From Antedon mediterranea (taxonomy: Eukaryota; Animalia; Echinodermata), in assembly GCF_964355755.1 (NCBI RefSeq), contig NC_092674.1:3038001-3102000 (forward strand): a DNA stretch of 64,000 bases. The letters are read 5' to 3'. Positions 53,501-64,000 of the stretch are shown in pieces. Under the pieces are notes generated by a model. The model did no database searches. It was not told the origin of the DNA and worked only from the letters and a program-made list of their open reading frames with translations. Position numbers and translations under genes: made by a program. Within the stretch, counting starts at the first letter, position 1; the number at the start of each line of letters is the position of its first letter.

Positions 53501-54295
53501 CGTATGCCGTTTCGCAATATGATACCCCGAGTGTGTTTAGACAGTTATTAATATCTCAAGCCGATTTTTTTTTTATATTTGCCGAAACTCAGGTTTAATG
53601 GGTCTGAGTGATATCAATAAAATGATCTTACAACTCAATTTGAAATTCAGAGTATGGAGACACTACAGTATAGCTGTGCGCGGAAATAATAAAATATCTA
53701 TGAAGGGACATCTTCAGTTTAGGCCTAATAATAATAATAATATACACACCTGTATGGAGAGAGGCAAATGTAAGTAAAGTGTCTTGTCTAAAGATACAAG
53801 AAATGCGGCGAGAGTTGGATTCGTACCACGATCTCACGAATCCAACGTCCAACACACTACGTCACACGCAGAGAAAGTGTTCATTTAATAAGAGTTGGCC
53901 TGTGCCTGGAAATTATACAATATACAAATTAAAGCTACTTTAATGCTCTCTTTAGTCTTTACTAGCTCAAGTGCCAAGAGATATATGGAAAGTTGTTTAA
54001 AATCGTAATGAAAATAACCACATGGGTGTTTGGCATTTAGGGCCTACAAGAAAACAAAACAAAACGGTAGCATATCATATCAATCGAGTATCATAATTCA
54101 TTTAATAATACTTTAATAAACAAGTCTATATAATTATAAACATGATAAATGTAATAAAATACAGTTATGATAAGACTCCTAAAATTCTATTTCAAAAATT
54201 AATATGTGAATGTACGCATGCGCATTAGCGATTGGTTACGTTGTGAGGTGTCCAAAATGGGTTCTTTAATTTACGTTAAATCTTATACCTGCTTA

Positions 54296-54466
54296 AGTTT
54301 GGTTCCCACTAGAACGTAACGCAAGGACGTAAACGCAACGCAAGCGTTTTAACCAATAACAAGCGTTAGCAATCACAAGCGAATAAGCAATCGCTTGTGA
54401 TTGGTCAATTCACTTGCGTTGCGTTACGTCCTTGTGTTGCGTCGCTAGTAGGAAGCAATACAAGCT
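54296..54466. mobile_element. MITE family B
   Basis: Near-identical to 58826-58999. Confidence 0.7.
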
Positions 54467-54862
54467 TTAGGGACGTATTGCAGGTGATTTTTCACGATAT
54501 ATCGCCTATAATTAAATAATAAAAACAGTTTTTGGCATATTTGCCATATCGTAGTTTAGTTTATCAAAAATAATCAAACAAAATAATATTCTATGTTAGA
54601 TTATTTATTGTCCACATTACCTATACGACTTTCACTTGAAAGTTGTATTTAAATTAGTATAAATAGAGTATAAACAAACATTTAATCATTTAAATTACTA
54701 TCAACTACAAATTCCAGTATAACTTAAAATAGACGCGCATGTTACATGAAATTCATATTTACTTGTGTTTATCACATAAAAAACATTATACAAAAACAAT
54801 TATTGTTGACATTTCTTATATCACAAAAATAAAACATGTTTACAAAAATACTTTGAACACTC

Positions 54863-55139
54863 GCACCTTTAGGAGAGTAGAAATAACCAGGGAAGAGTTA
54901 AATTTAACTCTTCCCTGAAATAACTAACCTACATTTGTGTGCATTATCCCAGTGTGAACGCACCTTTAGGAGAGTATAAACTACTAACCTACATTTGTGT
55001 GCATCATCCCAGTGTAAACGCACCTTTAGGAGAGTATAAATTACTAACCTACATTTGAGTGTATTATCCCAGTGTGAACGAACCTTTAGGAGAGTATAAA
55101 TTACTAACCTACATTTGTGTGCATCATCCCAGTGTGAAC
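54863..55139. repeat. 60-bp tandem repeat (~4 units) downstream of the GPR180 stop codon
   Basis: Unit GCACCTTTAGGAGAGTATAAA(C/T)TACTAACCTACATTTGTGTGCATCATCCCAGTGTGAAC; the first unit is interrupted by a 30-bp palindrome. Confidence 0.85.
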
Positions 55140-55394
55140 TAGTGTCATCTTTATTTCAAATGAACAGTTGGGAAACAGTAATAAAACCAGATTCAATTAT
55201 TTAATGATTTTCCATAAATAAAATAGTCAACATTTAAAATATGTAACTTAACTTTACCTAATATACTAATTCAAATCTTTTAGAGATAAAATTCAGTAAT
55301 TTTGGCCTGTACACAAAAAAGCAAAATTAATTAGTATAAAACTGCAATCATTCTCATTAAATAAATAGCTACCTATTATTATATTATTACGCAA

Positions 55395-59718
<4,324 letters not shown>

Positions 59719-60593
59719 AATAAGCAACTCGTCATATCAAAATTGATTGGAAAATATCAACTAGCAATCTAAATATCGCATTAGCTTAAATTTGGCTTGT
59801 TTAGTAACTCTAAACCCACTTTACATCAAACATTTTGATACAGAAAAACGGCGTGATGGGCGCCGCCATATTGTCTAAATAGACGTGTCAAAGGTTGCCA
59901 GGTTAATCTTATTTCTTTCCCAATTATGTAAAATAATTGAGGGGAATACAGGCTGCGCAGTTACTCTACAGTAATTCCTGATAAGCTATCCAACAGCTGA
60001 AAAAAATATTTCTCTAAATCGGATCAGGTGCCGTTTTCGGCCACCTCGACTTGTATGGACTATACCATTATAAAAAGATGGGAAAATAGGGGTGTCCCAT
60101 TTATTAATTGAGTGTGTTAATGTGTTAAAATACTGCTCCTTTTGTTCTTTTGTTTTTCTTGTTGTTTCAGCAACAAAGGGAAAACAACTACGCCCTGCAT
60201 GCTGTAGAATTAATGTCAGTTTTCAAGTTAATGCAGTATATTATGGCTCTTTATTTCTATATAATTTTTACAGATTTATAGATACAGAAAGTATATAAAG
60301 AAAGTTTTTATTCCAGTTACAAATAAAAAATATAATTTACCTAACGATAACACAGTAGTACATTTAATAAAGATGACAGTAGTACATTTATCACATACTG
60401 ATTATTAGGTAATAAGTAAAACAAATAAACATTATAATTTTGTCAATGAATCTGTACCATTTTGTTCCCAGAAAACACAGCGTTTGACATTGCATGTTTT
60501 TAGGTTTGGTCTTTCTAAAATGTTTTAAACACGTTTTTAAACGTTTCTGTGTAGAAATACATGTTTTAATTGAACAACGTTTGCATCAAAACG

Positions 60594-61010
60594 TTATAAT
60601 AGCGAATGTAAAACGGAGCTGATAATGTCGCCATGAGGATGATTGGTGTCTTCCAATATAGCATGGAATACATCGGCAAGCTGTTCGCTGTAGAAGGAGT
60701 CAAGCATTTGCATACTAGACAAACCAATTACTTTCCACGCTCTACCCAGCACCTTCTCAATTCGGTCTTTATCCCCCTTACATTCCCTTACTGATATTCC
60801 TAGCCCAATATACAATATGCCCAAATAGAACATCACTGATTAGTAAAACATAAACATTCTATAGTACAAATATCCTGCTTTACCCCAAAGAACCGAGTTT
60901 CCTAGCTCAAGCAGTACAGCCTTGTATTTAACTTCTTAACTACGATCAACATGTCCACCCATTTAGCTTTAGTCAAACACTACTGCCAGATACTTATCAA
61001 TAATTGTTAA
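60594..61010 (-). mobile_element. Decayed LINE ORF2 3' fragment
   Basis: Frameshifted remnant with KYLAV.FD.L.W..HVD and ILEDTNHP-type motifs typical of L2/Rex-group C-termini. Confidence 0.45.
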
Positions 61011-61439
61011 CAATCTCTACTTCCTTTACTTTAATTAATGTATACTGTCAGACCAATTATGTTTTCGAAAATCAATCCTTATTTCTTTCGTTTTATTTAT
61101 GTTTAGTTCAAGAAAATAAAAAATATGATTTATCTACCGATAGGATTGGGCCGATTAGAATGCATTTGCCAACATTCTTTTACATATTTCACAACATTAT
61201 AGAGTTTAGGTAATTTAACCGATTGTAATGTAGTATTTAGGATGTTTTAATTCCGATTGTATTGTAGTATTTAAGATTTTCTAATTTCGAATCCGATTGT
61301 ACTAAAATTTAAAGTGTTTAAATCCAGATAGGAATAACAGAGGCCTAGTATTTAATATGCTTTAATTTTGATTATACTGTAGTGTTTAGTTTAGTTTTTA
61401 TATATAATAAGTAAGTATACCTACTTATATAGTTTTTAT

Positions 61440-62470
61440 TTATTTATTTATTCATAGGAATCACCTTTTCATTCATTCATTTCATTTATCTTTTTATTTC
61501 GGAATATCATGGTGACATAATATAATATCCATAGCAAAATAGAGAAAAAAAAATCTTAATCTTTATATCGGCGTCACACATTTATCAGTTAATGGTGCAT
61601 CCAATTTACAGACAAAATTACAAATAACATAAGCCACAAAGTTCTAAATACTAATACATAACATCAAAACAAAATGTAAACTAATTAATTAGATCTGTAT
61701 GAAAATACATAATACGTATATTGTACAATATATATAACTACAAAAATAAAAACAGAACAACAAAAATACAGGATAGGCCTAAGAAATAAATAAAACTTAC
61801 AGATACATCCTCATAGAGATGTCTGTAGCTTGTTTACTATATTAATCAATTAGTTGAGAGAGGTAATGTTGATAAAATTGTAGATCTAGTAACCCATGCT
61901 TTCATTAAATATGTTTTACAATAAAAATCAAAGATTTTTCCTAATGTTTCATTTTCAGTGAATAAATTGTCTAGCATAAAGTGGTGTTTTAACTGAGGTC
62001 CACTGATTAAAATTATCCCGATACATACTTAATTATTGTCTAACAGAGTTTAATGAAGGACATTTAAATAAAAAATGGTTTACTGTTTCTTTTTCGTTTG
62101 TACTGTACACATCTTACATAATCCTGTGTTATGATTTGACCAGGATTTTCTACGACCCTCAAGATCTAGAGAGTTTGATCTTGCTTTAAATTTTAAATTG
62201 ATACTCTTAAAATTAGTTTTATCTAACAAATATTGTTCAAGGTTTGGTTCCTTTATACATAGTATATTCCGTTAACGTTGTTTTGCATGGAATTTTGTTT
62301 TGCTTTGGGCCTTTGAAAACCACTCGTTATGATCAACTTGTTTTTTATTTTTCCTAAATGGCTTTATCCAGTTAGTAGATGGTTCTTCATTAAATTTGTC
62401 TATACAATTTGTTTTATATAAAATATATTTAGTTAATATAGTAATATTGTAACAAAATCTTGGCATTCCC
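61440..62470 (-). mobile_element. Decayed LINE 3' fragment with CCHC zinc knuckle
   Basis: Minus-strand translation includes FKARSNSLDLE.R....CKMC......ETVNHFLFKCPSL; AT-rich tail with (ATAA)/(ATGA) repeats near 61440-61490. Confidence 0.55.
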
Positions 62471-63034
62471 TAACACAGTAGGCCTACCTAATAATAACAT
62501 GCCTTTTTAACATGCTAGTTTTTGATGTTCTGTATTGTTCCTTGTAGTTTGTACTGTAGGTTACATAACAGAACAATTGTATTGTCTTCCCATTAATATA
62601 GACACCCTTCTCTACATAAAACATAATACACCACACCCCTATCATAATAATGGTATAGTCCAGATAAGTCGAGGTGGCCGAAAAAGGCACCTGATCCCTC
62701 TAAATCATAAATTGTTCATTCAAAAAATGAAAAAAAAAAACATGAATTAAACATATTACTATAGGCCTATTAAAACCCGTAACACAAGCAGGATTAAAGT
62801 TCAGTAACATAGAATTGACTTTTATCAATCTGAGCATCTTGATAACAGATGAGTATAGTTTACTTTTTCACAGAACTTTGTTGACAGTCCAAATGAATAT
62901 AAACAGTAAATATCAATCAACAATATTAAAACGACATGGACCTATTATGACCCAGGCCAGCAACGTTGATGTTAGTTAGCCGTTGTTAATTATGACTATT
63001 ACCTATTGTAATTATACTGTAGATAAAACTCACG

Positions 63035-64000
63035 ATGTATAAAGGCGAGAGTTATCCGGTAAGTCAGTTAGGTCGAGAATTGAGGAAACGAAGGAATTAG
63101 CTGCACATAGAATCGGCCATGCAACGATTTATCATTATTCATAATATCATAATGCATAATCACTATCATCATCATCATAATCACAGCATGCCTACCACTT
63201 TATAATCAAAGCATGCCTAAACCGTAACCTCCTTCATCATAATCTGCGCCCATTAATCGGTATCATGAGTATTACTAGTTGCAATCATAACTCATCATCA
63301 TTCATTATATCAAACGCCTTTTCCCCTTCCATATTAGTTATCTTCCTCAAAATCATTCAAATATTATCCTTTCTTTTTATAAATTCATATTTATCATAAT
63401 TAGGCCTACTGTATTTTTATAGATTCTGGGATTTAAAGACAGACGTAATTCAAAATCCACTCCACACATTGCCGCCGGAAATGAGATTGAATCCTATTTA
63501 TTCGCTGCCAACCCGGCTGCCAACAGACGTCTATCTGCCAGTGAACCAAGAACACTATCGAATCTTTCCGACATTGAATATAGTCAAGAATTGACATTCG
63601 GAGAAGATGAAAGCAGTATTGCAAGATTTAGCAAAGTAAGCTAACAGTTTATTGTTCCCTATTTTGTCTACGCAACGGAAATTTACCAATCACATTTGCG
63701 ATAACTCGGATCGCGTCGTGATTGGTCAAATTACATGCGTTGTGCTTAGTACGTAATTCACTTCTCTAAAAGTAACTTTACCAATCACGACGCGATGGAC
63801 CTTCTCAACTGTTGCTTGCGGATTGGTCACACTTCATGTGTTGCGCTTACGTCGTGTGTCGTCAAAGTGGAAACCAAGCTTGTTTTTAAAAAAACATTTA
63901 ATATTGTTTGCCGTTTCTTTTCTAATTGTGGCCAGAGTTTTTTTTTTTTAGGACGAACTCTCATCGGATTCGTATTCGGAGCAAGTTCACAATGGGGAAG
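63035..64000 (+). CDS. 5' exons of an unidentified protein-coding gene, running off the right end
   Basis: Putative exons 63035-63058 (MYKGESYP|GTAAGT), 63423-63635 (71 open codons, AG|...|GTAAGC) and 63952-end (DELSSDSYSEQVHNGE), all phase 0. Ser/acidic-rich, no recognisable domain. Confidence 0.55.

Larger units (their letters stand above)
60021..62697. mobile_element. Non-autonomous Mutator-like (MULE) element, 2677 bp, 9-bp TSD
   Basis: TSD CTCTAAATC at 60012-60020 and 62698-62706; ~50-70-bp TIRs starting GGATCAGGTGCC.TTTTCGGCCACCTCGACTT. Confidence 0.85.

Noticed and set aside
54863-55139. 60-bp repeat as a CRISPR array
   Set aside because: Head-to-tail units with no variable spacers.

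Overview
AT-rich eukaryotic genomic DNA from a non-vertebrate animal (probably a marine deuterostome such as an echinoderm; this is inference only). It is gene-dense with spliceosomal introns, so most ORF-track entries are exon fragments or noise. Exon models were built by hand from splice signals and reading phase. Genes in order: 5' end of a FARP1/2-like FERM gene (-); complete XRRA1 (-, 11 exons, ~732 aa); C6orf163-like coiled-coil gene (+, 6 coding exons, ~325 aa); complete CUL3 (-, 17 coding exons, ~755 aa, one AT-AC U12 intron); a Ulp1/SENP-type protease gene head-to-head with CUL3 that appears to carry an N-terminal ubiquitin-like domain and a SIM (+, 9 exons, ~433 aa); a TRIM-NHL gene with an intronless CDS (-, 745 aa); complete GPR180 (-, 9 exons, ~439 aa); and the start of an unidentified gene (+). 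Introns and spacers contain two abundant Harbinger-type MITE families, hAT-, MULE- and Kolobok-like elements, a Helentron/HINE, CR1/L2 LINE fragments, a 5S rRNA/tRNA composite SINE, and Penelope-type remnants with hammerhead motifs. The best candidate for something undescribed is the Ubl-SIM-SENP protease divergently paired with CUL3. All family assignments come from recalled motifs, not database searches.
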